64,000 bases of DNA, from the NCBI GenBank assembly GCA_041484665.1, contig JBGPIA010000003.1:128001-192000 (forward strand). Direction: 5' to 3'. Both the position numbers and the translations under genes were made by a program. This document shows, one piece after another, positions 49,256-57,911 of this stretch (position 1 is the stretch's first letter; the number at the start of each line of letters is the position of its first letter). This DNA comes from Candidatus Krumholzibacteriia bacterium. Its GTDB lineage: Bacteria; Krumholzibacteriota; Krumholzibacteriia; JAJRXK01. Under the pieces are notes generated by a model that ran no database searches, was not told where the DNA came from, and saw nothing but the letters and a program-made list of their open reading frames with translations.

Positions 49256-50503
49256 CTACCCCAGCTCCGGGTAGAGGGGGAACGCGCTGGCCAACGCGTG
49301 GCTGCGCTGCTTCAGCCGGGGCAGCTCGGGGCTCTCCCGTCCCGCCGTGAGCGCCGCGTCGATGATCTCGGCGATGGCGCGCATCTCAGGCTCCTTCATG
49401 CCCCGGGTGGTCAATGCGGGTGTCCCGATACGGATTCCGCTCGTGACGAACGGCTTCTGCGGATCGAACGGGATCGTGTTCTTATTCACGGTGATCCCCA
49501 CCTGGTCGAGGATCTCCTCGGCGTCTCTGCCGGTGAGACTGCGAGGCCGCAGGTCCACCAGCAGCAGGTGGGTGTCCGTGCCGCCGCTCACCAGACGCAG
49601 CCCCCGCGCCACCAGCTCCTCGCCCAGCACCCGGGCGTTGGCGACGGTCTGGTGCTGGTCGAGGCGGAACCGCTCGGTCATCGCCTCGCGGAAGCAGACG
49701 GCCTTCGCGGCGATGACGTGCATGAACGGGCCGCCCTGCGTCCCGGGAAAGTTCCACTTGTCGATCGACTTGGCCCAGGCCTCTTTGCAGACGATCAGGC
49801 CGCCGCGCGGGCCACGCAGTGTCTTGTGCGTGGTCGAGGTGACCACCGCGGCATGCGGCACGGGATCGGGATGCAGCCCCACCGCCACCAGCCCGGCAAA
49901 GTGCGCCATGTCCACCAACAGTGGGATGCCCAGCTCCTGGGAGATCGCCCCCAGGCGCTGGAAGTCCCAGGCGCGCGGATACGCGCTGCTACCCGCCACC
50001 AGGATCGCAGGGCGCACCTCCTTGGCCTGCCGCAGCAGCGCGTCGTAGTCGATGCGCTCGGTCTGTCGGTCGACCTCGTAGTGGTGGGCCTTGAACAGGA
50101 TGCCGCTGAAATTGACGTTGTGCCCGTGGGTGAGGTGGCCGCCGTGGCTCAGGCTCAAGCCGAGGATCGCCGAGCCGGGCGCCGCCAGCGCCAGGTAGGC
50201 GGTCATGTTGGCCTGGCTGCCGCTGTGCGGCTGCACGTTGGCGTGCTCGGCGCCGAAGAGCTTCAGCGCGCGCTGGCGGGCCAGCGTCTCCGCCTCGTCC
50301 ACGAACTCGCAGCCGCCGTAGTAGCGCTTGCCGGGGTAGCCTTCGGCGTACTTGTTGGTCATCACCGAGCCCATGGCCGCCAACACGGCCAGGCTGGTGA
50401 AGTTCTCGCTGGCGATCATCTCGAGCTGGCCACGCTGGCGCTCCAGCTCGCGCTCGATCGCGGCGGCGATCTCGGGATCACTCGTGCGCAGATGCGTGAA
50501 CAC
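49256..50503 (-). CDS. glyA: Serine hydroxymethyltransferase
   Basis: [38 protein letters not shown]. Confidence 0.98.
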   Translation of the reverse strand: MFTHLRTSDPEIAAAIERELERQRGQLEMIASENFTSLAVLAAMGSVMTNKYAEGYPGKRYYGGCEFVDEAETLARQRALKLFGAEHANVQPHSGSQANMTAYLALAAPGSAILGLSLSHGGHLTHGHNVNFSGILFKAHHYEVDRQTERIDYDALLRQAKEVRPAILVAGSSAYPRAWDFQRLGAISQELGIPLLVDMAHFAGLVAVGLHPDPVPHAAVVTSTTHKTLRGPRGGLIVCKEAWAKSIDKWNFPGTQGGPFMHVIAAKAVCFREAMTERFRLDQHQTVANARVLGEELVARGLRLVSGGTDTHLLLVDLRPRSLTGRDAEEILDQVGITVNKNTIPFDPQKPFVTSGIRIGTPALTTRGMKEPEMRAIAEIIDAALTAGRESPELPRLKQRSHALASAFPLYPELG

Positions 50504-50550
50504 GGGGTCCTCCCCGGGCGCCCGCCCACCGGCTGGCGGAACGGACCGGC

Positions 50551-51495
50551 CTACAGGAACTCCAGCCACTCGTGCCGGTCCTCCGCGCGCCCCTCCAGGA
50601 TGTCGAACAGCGCGCGCTGCAGGCGCTCGGTGACCGGGCCACGCTTGGCGTTGCCCACGGCGATGCGGTCGACGGTGCGGATCGGCGTAATCTCGGCGGC
50701 GGTGCCCGAGAAGAACGCCTCGTCGGCGCTATAGAGCATCTCGCGCGGCAGCACCGCCTCCTCCAGGCGCAGGCCCAGATCCGGCGCGAGGCGGAACACG
50801 CAGTCGCGGGTGATCCCGCCCAGGATCGAGGCTCCGAACGGCGGCGTGTAGATCGTGCCGTTGCGCACCACGAAGAGGTTCTCGCCGGTTCCCTCGCTCA
50901 GGTTGCCGTGCGAGTCCAGCATGACGGCCTCGGCAAAGCCGAGCAGCACGGCCTCCATCTTGGCCAGCGATGAGTTGACGTAGTTGCCCGTGATCTTGCC
51001 CATGGCCAGGTGGGTGTCGGGCGCCATGCGACGGTAGCTGCTGACGCACACGTCCACCCCGTCGGTCAGCGCCCCCTCGCCAAGGTACTTCCCCCACTCC
51101 CACACCGCGATGAACAGCCGCGTAGGATTGTTGAGCGGGTTGACGCCGGCGCGGCCCGTGCCGCGGTAGGCCAAAGGGCGCACGTAGCACGCCTTGAGCT
51201 TGTTCACCCCCACCGTCTCGCGGATGGCGTCCATCACCTGCTCGGGTGAGAAGGCGATCTCCATGCGCAGCATCTTGGCCGACTGGAACAGGCGCGTGAC
51301 GTGATCGCGCATGCGGAACATCGCTGAGCCCTTGGGGTGAGCATAGACGCGCGCGCCCTCGAAAACGCCGCTGCCGTAATGGATCACGTGGCTCATCACA
51401 TGGATCTTTGCGTCCTCCCATGCGACCAGCTCTCCGTCCATCCAAACGTACGAGGCTTTGGGTCCCGTGCTCTGGGTGCTCATGCGCCTGCTCAC
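50551..51495 (-). CDS. ilvE: Branched-chain amino acid aminotransferase
   Basis: [37 protein letters not shown]. Confidence 0.95.
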   Translation of the reverse strand: MSRRMSTQSTGPKASYVWMDGELVAWEDAKIHVMSHVIHYGSGVFEGARVYAHPKGSAMFRMRDHVTRLFQSAKMLRMEIAFSPEQVMDAIRETVGVNKLKACYVRPLAYRGTGRAGVNPLNNPTRLFIAVWEWGKYLGEGALTDGVDVCVSSYRRMAPDTHLAMGKITGNYVNSSLAKMEAVLLGFAEAVMLDSHGNLSEGTGENLFVVRNGTIYTPPFGASILGGITRDCVFRLAPDLGLRLEEAVLPREMLYSADEAFFSGTAAEITPIRTVDRIAVGNAKRGPVTERLQRALFDILEGRAEDRHEWLEFL

Positions 51496-52019
51496 GATCC
51501 TTTCTGGAGGCTGCCGTCCGAGGCGTTGGGGGCGCTCTGCGCGCGACGGGCGCGCTCGGCCAGCACCCGTTCCTTCACGCGCGGCACCGCGGCCCGGACG
51601 TACTCCTCGAGCTGGAAGTAGGCGCGCTCATACAGCGCGCGCGGCCCGCCGATCGGATCCTCGACGTCCTGCCCGCGCGCCACGCCGGAGAACTCCGCGA
51701 GCGTGAAGACCTTCTCGCCTAGGCCCGGCTGCAGATGGAGGAGCTCCTCCTTGTGCCGCCGCGTCATGGTCAACACCAGCGCGCTGCTCGCCATCAGCTC
51801 GGGCGTGACCGGACGGCTGCGATGCCCGCCGAGGTCCCCCCCCATCTCGTGCACGATGCTCTGCGCGTGAGGCGCGGCCGGCTGCCCGTCCGTCGCCCAC
51901 AGTCCGGCCGAGGACACCTCAACCTCCGGCCCCAGTGGGACCAGGTAGCGGCGCCCCAGGTCCGCGGCCATGGGGCTGCGGCAGGTGTTGCCCGTACACA
52001 CGAAAACGATGGAAAACAT
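51492..52019 (-). CDS. Low-molecular-weight protein tyrosine/arginine phosphatase
   Basis: FVCTGNTCRSPMA, DPIGG. Confidence 0.92.
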   Translation of the reverse strand: MFSIVFVCTGNTCRSPMAADLGRRYLVPLGPEVEVSSAGLWATDGQPAAPHAQSIVHEMGGDLGGHRSRPVTPELMASSALVLTMTRRHKEELLHLQPGLGEKVFTLAEFSGVARGQDVEDPIGGPRALYERAYFQLEEYVRAAVPRVKERVLAERARRAQSAPNASDGSLQKGS

Positions 52020-52050
52020 GACGGTTACGCCACTTCTCAGGATGCCGGCA

Positions 52051-52079
52051 ACCGTAGCCGACGCTCGCCCCGAAGTCAA
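52051..52079 (-). promoter_or_regulatory. Putative internal sigma-70 promoter overlapping the tsaC stop
   Basis: TTGACT-17 bp-TACGGT. Confidence 0.5.
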
Positions 52080-52669
52080 GGCGGCCCCTCCCCAGGAGGC
52101 CACGCGACGGCCCCGGCGCGGACAACGCGGCCGGGGCTGACGGTCAGGTCGACGATCGTGGAGGGCGGCCGCGCGGACCCGCCCCCCAGGTCGTACGCGC
52201 GCAGCAGCGGGAAGATGCCGCAGGCCGACGCCAGATCGCCCGCCGGCGACTGGCCTGGCCGGTTCGCGCTGGTGCTGAAGAGCGGGCCACCCGCCTCCCG
52301 GATCAGGGTGCGCAAGCTCTCGTGCGCCGGGACGCGCACGGCGATGGAGCGCCGCTCATGCACCCACGCGGCGGGTGCCTCTGCGGTGGGACACAACAGC
52401 GCGGTGAGCGGCCCAGGCCACACGCGCAGCAGCCGATCCCGGTCCAGCGGCGAGGCAGTCCTGCCGCAGGCCAGGACCTGCGCTGCATCGGCGAACAACA
52501 GCAAGAAGGGCCGCGCCCCCGAGGTCCCTTTGGTCGCACGCAATTCATCCGCCGCGCCGGGACGCGTCGCCAGCGCGTGGAGCCCGGGGACAGTGTCCGT
52601 GGTGAGCAGGACGATTTCCCCCGCCCGCAGCGCCGCGGCCGCGGTCACGCTCGCCCTGGCCGCGGTCAC
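52076..52669 (-). CDS. tsaC: TsaC/Sua5/YrdC-family protein (divergent)
   Basis: TDTVPGL, WPGPLT, AVRVP, STSAN, PSTIVD. Confidence 0.8.
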   Translation of the reverse strand: MTAARASVTAAAALRAGEIVLLTTDTVPGLHALATRPGAADELRATKGTSGARPFLLLFADAAQVLACGRTASPLDRDRLLRVWPGPLTALLCPTAEAPAAWVHERRSIAVRVPAHESLRTLIREAGGPLFSTSANRPGQSPAGDLASACGIFPLLRAYDLGGGSARPPSTIVDLTVSPGRVVRAGAVAWPPGEGPP

Positions 52670-53145
52670 CGGCCCCCCGCGGCGAGCCCCGCGCGATACT
52701 CGCGCAGACGGCGGGCGATCTGGGCATTGGCCAACCCCAGGATCTGCCCGGCGAGCACCGCGGCGTTCTTCGCCCCGGCAGTGCCGACGGCGAGTGCGGC
52801 GACCGGCACCCCGACGGGCATCTGCACCACGCAGAGCAGAGCGTCCAGCCCGTCGAGCAGCCCGCCCTTCAGCGGCACGCCGAGCACGGGGAGCGCGGTG
52901 AGCGACGCCACGACGCCGGGCAGCTGCGCCGCCATCCCGGCCATGCAGACGAAGACCTGCGTGCCGCGGGCCTCGGCGTCGGCGACGTAGGCGCGCAATG
53001 CGTCGGGCTGGCGATGCGCGCTCAGCACGCGGCGCTCGTGGGCAATGCCGAGGGTGCCCAGCAGCTCCGCGCAGGCGTCGACCGCCGCGTCATCGGAGGC
53101 GCTCCCCGAGAGGATGGCGACAAGGGGTGTCGTGGAGCTCGTCAC
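52666..53145 (-). CDS. purE: N5-CAIR mutase
   Basis: GSASD, SAHR.P, AG.AA.LPG, GLDAL...VQMP.GVPVA, GAKNAA. Confidence 0.95.
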   Translation of the reverse strand: MTSSTTPLVAILSGSASDDAAVDACAELLGTLGIAHERRVLSAHRQPDALRAYVADAEARGTQVFVCMAGMAAQLPGVVASLTALPVLGVPLKGGLLDGLDALLCVVQMPVGVPVAALAVGTAGAKNAAVLAGQILGLANAQIARRLREYRAGLAAGGR

Positions 53146-54476
53146 GGGCGATCCTCCTCTTCGTGGTCTGGATCCTCATTGCCGGGGATGCCCTCATCCC
53201 CGGAGAGGTTCTCGTCCTGCGCAATCTCCTCGTCTCGGGCAATGTCGTGGCGCATCTGCATCCCCTCGAAGCGGATGTGCTCTGCGGCGGACCGGGCACG
53301 GCGCCGGGCGGCGGGCACGTTCGCCGCCGTGCCGACCACGCACAACACGCGCCCCCCCGCGGTCACGCATCGGCCGCCGTCTTGGCGCGTACCAGCGTGG
53401 AAGACCAGCGCCTGCGCCGCAGCCTGCTCGATCCCCGTGATCGGCCGCCCCTTCACCGGCGAAGCCGGATAGCCCTCGGCGGCGAGCACGACGCAGACGG
53501 CGGCCCCGCGGCTGCGCAGCTCGCCCTGCGCCGGCAGCTCGCCGCGGGCGGCCCCCCACAAGAGCGGCAGCAGATCGAAGTCGAGCGTGGGCAGGACGGC
53601 CTGGGTCTCGGGATCGCCGAAGCGGCAGTTGTACTCCAGGACCTGCGGGCCGCGCGCGGTGAGCATGAGCCCGACGTAGAGCAGGCCGCGGTAGTCCAAG
53701 CTCCGGCGGCGCAGCTCGGCCAGCGTCGGCTCGAGCACCTCGGCCACCACCTTGCCCATGAGCTGCGGGGTGGCGTCGGACACAGGCGCATAGGCGCCCA
53801 TTCCGCCGGTGTTAGGCCCGCGGTCTCCGTCCTCCAGGCGTTTGTGGTCGCGGCTGGGCAAAAGCCAACAGCAGCGCTCCCCGTCCAGCAACGCGAACAC
53901 CGACAGCTCGCGCCCGCACAGACGCTCCTCGATCAGGATCGTGCGGCCGGCGTCGCCGAAGGCGCGCTCCTGCAGCGACTCGCGCACCGCCGCACGCGCC
54001 TGCGCCGGATCGTCGCAGACCGTCACGCCCTTGCCCGCCGCCAAGCCGGTGGCCTTGACCACGCACGGCGCGTCCAGCCCATCGACGTGACGCAGGGCCT
54101 GCTGCAAATCGTCGAAGGCGCGCGCTTGCGCGGTCGGCACGCCCGCAGCGCGCATGAACTCCTTGGCAAAGGCCTTGTCGCCCTCCAGCCGCGCCGCGGC
54201 GGCGCCGGGTCCGAACACCGCGCAGCCGCGGGCCCGCAACCGGTCCGCCAGCCCGCCCGCCAACGGGCCCTCGGGTCCGACCACGACCAGGTCGATGTGA
54301 TGCTCGGCGATGAGCGAGGTCCAGCCGGCCTCGTCGGCGACGGGGATCACGGTGGCCACGTCGCGCATGCCATCGTTGCCGGGCGCAACGTAGACTGCCG
54401 TTGCCAACGGGCTGTGAGCGAGCTTCCACGCCAGGGCGTGCTCGCGGCCACCGCTGCCTATGACGAGGAGCCGCAT
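53142..54476 (-). CDS. purD: Phosphoribosylamine--glycine ligase
   Basis: GSGGREHAL, APGN, GPE.PL, GLAAGKGV, GPNTGGMG, EYNCRFGDPE. Confidence 0.98.
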   Translation of the reverse strand: MRLLVIGSGGREHALAWKLAHSPLATAVYVAPGNDGMRDVATVIPVADEAGWTSLIAEHHIDLVVVGPEGPLAGGLADRLRARGCAVFGPGAAAARLEGDKAFAKEFMRAAGVPTAQARAFDDLQQALRHVDGLDAPCVVKATGLAAGKGVTVCDDPAQARAAVRESLQERAFGDAGRTILIEERLCGRELSVFALLDGERCCWLLPSRDHKRLEDGDRGPNTGGMGAYAPVSDATPQLMGKVVAEVLEPTLAELRRRSLDYRGLLYVGLMLTARGPQVLEYNCRFGDPETQAVLPTLDFDLLPLLWGAARGELPAQGELRSRGAAVCVVLAAEGYPASPVKGRPITGIEQAAAQALVFHAGTRQDGGRCVTAGGRVLCVVGTAANVPAARRRARSAAEHIRFEGMQMRHDIARDEEIAQDENLSGDEGIPGNEDPDHEEEDRP

Positions 54477-54491
54477 CGCCGCGCGCGATCC

Positions 54492-55664
54492 CTAGCGGCG
54501 ACGCACGGAGTCGACGCACGCGCCCAAGCGCGTCAGGCCTTCCTTGAGGTTCTCGCGGCTGTTGGCGTAGCTGAGCCGCAGATAGCCCTCGCCGAAGCGG
54601 CCGAACGACGTCCCGGCCAGCCCGGCGACGCCGAACTCGTCGAGCAGGAGCCGCGCGAACTGATCGGCGGGCATCCCCAGCGCCTTGATGCTGGGAAATA
54701 CGTAGAACGCGCCGCCCGGCGTCGTGCAGGTCAAGCCGGGGATGCGGTTGAGCCCCTCCACGACCAGATCGCGCCGCGCGCGGAACTCTTCCACCATGCC
54801 CCGGGCCCCGCTCTGATCTCCGCACAAAGCCTCCACACCCGCGAGCTGGGTGAAGCTCGCCGTGCAGCTGTTGCAATTGGTCTGCAGGCGAGCGATGGCG
54901 GGCGCCAGCGACTCGGGCATCACGCCAAAGCCCAGCCGCCAGCCGGTCATGGCATAGGTCTTGGAGTGGCCGTCGAGCACGATCGTGCGCTCGGCCATCC
55001 CGTCGAGCTCCAGGATCGTGTGGTGCTTCTGGCCGTAGATGATCCGGCTGTAAATCTCGTCGGCCAGCACCCAGCAGTCGTGCGTGCGCGCCACCTCCGC
55101 GACCACCTTCAGGTCCTCCAGCGTAAGGACGCTCCCGGTGGGATTGCCCGGCGAGTTGAAGATGATGAGCTTGGTGCGGTTGGTGACCAGCTGGCGCAGC
55201 TCGCTGTGGTCGACGCCAAAGCCATTTTCCTCGCGCAAGGGCAGCGGCACGGGCTTGGCTCCCACGAAGTTGATCATCGACTCGTAGATGGGGAATCCCG
55301 GGTTGGGGTAGACGACCTCATCCCCCTCGTCCACCAGAGCCGTGATCACGTAGTACATGATGGGTTTGGCGCCCGGAGTGATGACGATCTGCTCGGGCTT
55401 GACCGCCAGGCCGCGGTCCTTGCTGAACGCCTCCGCAAACCGGGCCCGCGCCTGCGGCAGCCCCGCGGCGGGCCCGTAGTGCGTCGCACCGCCGCGCAGC
55501 GCCGCGATGCCGGCATCGATGATGTTGCGTGGGGTGTCGAAGTCGGGCTCCCCGATCTCCAGGTGGATGACCGAGCGGCCCTGGGCCTCCAGCGCTTTCG
55601 CCCTCGCCAGCACCTCGAAGGCGGTCTCGGTGCCCAAACGACCCATCCGGCTCGCAAGCTGCAT
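54492..55664 (-). CDS. Class I PLP-dependent aminotransferase (aspartate aminotransferase-like)
   Basis: GEPDF.TP, NSPGNPTG, DEIY, SKTYAMTGWRLG, GAFY.F, RLSYA. Confidence 0.94.
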   Translation of the reverse strand: MQLASRMGRLGTETAFEVLARAKALEAQGRSVIHLEIGEPDFDTPRNIIDAGIAALRGGATHYGPAAGLPQARARFAEAFSKDRGLAVKPEQIVITPGAKPIMYYVITALVDEGDEVVYPNPGFPIYESMINFVGAKPVPLPLREENGFGVDHSELRQLVTNRTKLIIFNSPGNPTGSVLTLEDLKVVAEVARTHDCWVLADEIYSRIIYGQKHHTILELDGMAERTIVLDGHSKTYAMTGWRLGFGVMPESLAPAIARLQTNCNSCTASFTQLAGVEALCGDQSGARGMVEEFRARRDLVVEGLNRIPGLTCTTPGGAFYVFPSIKALGMPADQFARLLLDEFGVAGLAGTSFGRFGEGYLRLSYANSRENLKEGLTRLGACVDSVRRR

Positions 55665-55854
55665 CGGCACGGCGCTGCCTCCCCGCTGGGGTAATCGTCG
55701 CGGCTCGTCCTGCCAATCTAGGCTGGCGCGGCGGCGATTTCCAGAAACAAGGGAGCGCGCCGGGACGGCGCCCAGGCATCTCCGCATGGCGCTCGGAGCG
55801 CGCCGGGACGGCGCACGGGAACGGCCGCGCGCCGCTTGCCGCCCGGAGGTGCCG

Positions 55855-57504
55855 CTAGGGACGCGCCGGGGCCTGACCGAGGCGCTGCCGCAGTGCGTCG
55901 GCCATCCCCGGGTCGCCCGTCTGCAGGGCGCGCTCCCAGAGTGCACGCGCTCGGGTCCCGTCCCCCCGGCGCAGCGCCAGATCGCCGAGCTGGGCCAGCG
56001 CCCAGGCATCGCGCGCGTCCAATCCGACGAGGTGCTGGAGCACGGCCTCCGCTTGCGCATCGTGGCCCAAGCCCAGCTCAGCCTCGGCCAGCAGCCGTAG
56101 GACGCGCGGGTCGTCGGGCCGCAACGCGGCCGCGTGGGTGAAGGACTCGCGTGCCTCATCGGCCCGACCGAGCTGGAGCAGGCACCAGCCGAGGTTTGCC
56201 AGCGACTCCAGATGGTTCGCGCGAAGCACCAGCGCCTGCTGGAAGGAGCTGGCGGCCGCCTGGTACTCGCCCCGCTGCATGTGCACGACGCCCTGGTTGT
56301 AGAAGGGCATCATCCGCGCGGAGGCCTGCACGCCCGCCGGCCTGTAGAGGTTGAGCGCGACGGCCAGAAGCGCCGCTGCGGCCGCAGGGAGCGCCGCACG
56401 TGCGCGGCGCCTCGCGCGCGCCAGCTCCACGATGCGCGTCACCCCCGCCCCTGCCAGCAGCGCGAGCAGTCCGAAGCAGGGCAACCGGTAGCGCGCCGTG
56501 ATGAAGAACGGCAGGACCGAGAGCAGGCATGCGGCGAGCAGCCCGGCCAGCAGCCGCGCGTGGCGATTGGACCACGCCACGACGATCCCGCAGAGGCCCA
56601 GCGCCGCCACCCACCCGAAGCGCACCGGGTTGGCGCCCAGCAGCGCGGACTCCGTCCGCGCCTGGTCGAAGTTCTCGAGCTGAGGTGTCTCGTAGTCGCT
56701 CCAGAAGAGCACGAGCTTGCGCAGGACGAGCGCCAGCGTTCGGGCGGGATACGCGAGGTTCCAGCGCAGCCCCCGCTCCAGCCAGAAGCGCGAAGCTTGT
56801 GCAGGCGTGAGCGCGCGGCCGGCGGTGCGCTCGGCCAGCGCGCGGCTGCCGCCGTCCTGGTCGGCGCCCGGCTGGAAGAACTCGATTCCGGCGGGCGCCA
56901 CGAACGCTCCGGTCGCCAGGTCGTTGTTGCCGATGTAGTAGTTGATGCCTCCGTTGGTGGTGAGCGGCACGAAGCCTCCACCCGCGCGCAGGTTGTGCAG
57001 CGTGACGGGTGCGATCACGACCAGGCAGCCCGCGGCGATCAGCGTCGCGCACAGCGCGAGCACCACGCACAGCAGCAGCGGCTCCGTCGCGAGCTGCGTC
57101 TCCAAGAAGGTTCCGTACCCGTAGAGCGCGAGCAGCAGCCCCGCCACGGCGCCCGCGGTCACTCCGAACGCCCGCCGCCCCACCGTGAACGCCAGGGAAC
57201 ACGCCATCGCGCCGAGCGCTGCCTGCGTCAGTCGTGCGTGCGCCGCGCTGGGCCCGAGCGCCGCGTGGGTCAGTCCGAGCAGGTGGGGATACAGCGGTCC
57301 CATGAAGTAGGGCCCGGCAAGGTCGCCCCCGCCGGCCGCGAGGCGGCTGCCCCACTCGTGATAGAAACGCGAGTCCAGACCGAGCAGTTGCAGATCCGGA
57401 TGCCCGCGCAGGCTGTGGTCCAGAACCAGCCGGTAGCCCAATGCGACCGCGGCGGCCGGCCAGGCGCGCGCGAAGCCGCGCGAAACTCTAGAAGAGCGAA
57501 CCAT
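55855..57504 (-). CDS. GT-C (ArnT/PMT-like) membrane glycosyltransferase with C-terminal TPRs
   Basis: DSRFYHEW, PYFMGPLYP, P.T..N.......PLTTNGGINYYIGNN, RYRLP; TPR helices at the C-terminus. Confidence 0.8.
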   Translation of the reverse strand: MVRSSRVSRGFARAWPAAAVALGYRLVLDHSLRGHPDLQLLGLDSRFYHEWGSRLAAGGGDLAGPYFMGPLYPHLLGLTHAALGPSAAHARLTQAALGAMACSLAFTVGRRAFGVTAGAVAGLLLALYGYGTFLETQLATEPLLLCVVLALCATLIAAGCLVVIAPVTLHNLRAGGGFVPLTTNGGINYYIGNNDLATGAFVAPAGIEFFQPGADQDGGSRALAERTAGRALTPAQASRFWLERGLRWNLAYPARTLALVLRKLVLFWSDYETPQLENFDQARTESALLGANPVRFGWVAALGLCGIVVAWSNRHARLLAGLLAACLLSVLPFFITARYRLPCFGLLALLAGAGVTRIVELARARRRARAALPAAAAALLAVALNLYRPAGVQASARMMPFYNQGVVHMQRGEYQAAASSFQQALVLRANHLESLANLGWCLLQLGRADEARESFTHAAALRPDDPRVLRLLAEAELGLGHDAQAEAVLQHLVGLDARDAWALAQLGDLALRRGDGTRARALWERALQTGDPGMADALRQRLGQAPARP

Positions 57505-57911
57505 CGTCCGGGCGACGGAAGGGCCTCCCCGGGCCGTGGGGAGAGCGGGCATGCACGGGGGGGGCGGGCCTCGCCCCGCCAACGAGCCACCCTAGCACGC
57601 GCCCACACCCGAGCCCAGCGCGGGATGCCGCCCGACCCACCCCGTGCCGACGGTAGATCCGGCGAGTGGTCATCCCTCGCGCGGACGGGCGGGTGACCTC
57701 CTCGTCGAATCCCGGTGACCGCTGCCAAGCCGCGGTTTGCCCTTCGGGAGCTCGCCGAGGAATCTGTCGACATCGTACCTAGCGCTCCTCCAGGATCTGG
57801 ATCGAACTGACAGCCACCTCCCCGGAAAAGGCACGGTCCCCGGACGGGTGGCGGTCATCTTCCCTCTCGGATCAGCTCGGGGCCGGGAAACGGCTCCGAC
57901 CAGACCCCACG

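Noticed and set aside
52998..55694. Very long antisense or alternate-frame ORFs (e.g. 898 aa here, 10207-12294, 1391-2809, 22826-24325)
   Set aside because: Shadow ORFs of well-supported opposite-strand genes, expected from stop-codon scarcity at high GC
57705..57727. TCGAATCCCGGTGACCGCTGCCA resembles a tRNA 3' end (possible att site)
   Set aside because: No matching 5' T-stem strand, acceptor partner or cloverleaf, and no integrase nearby
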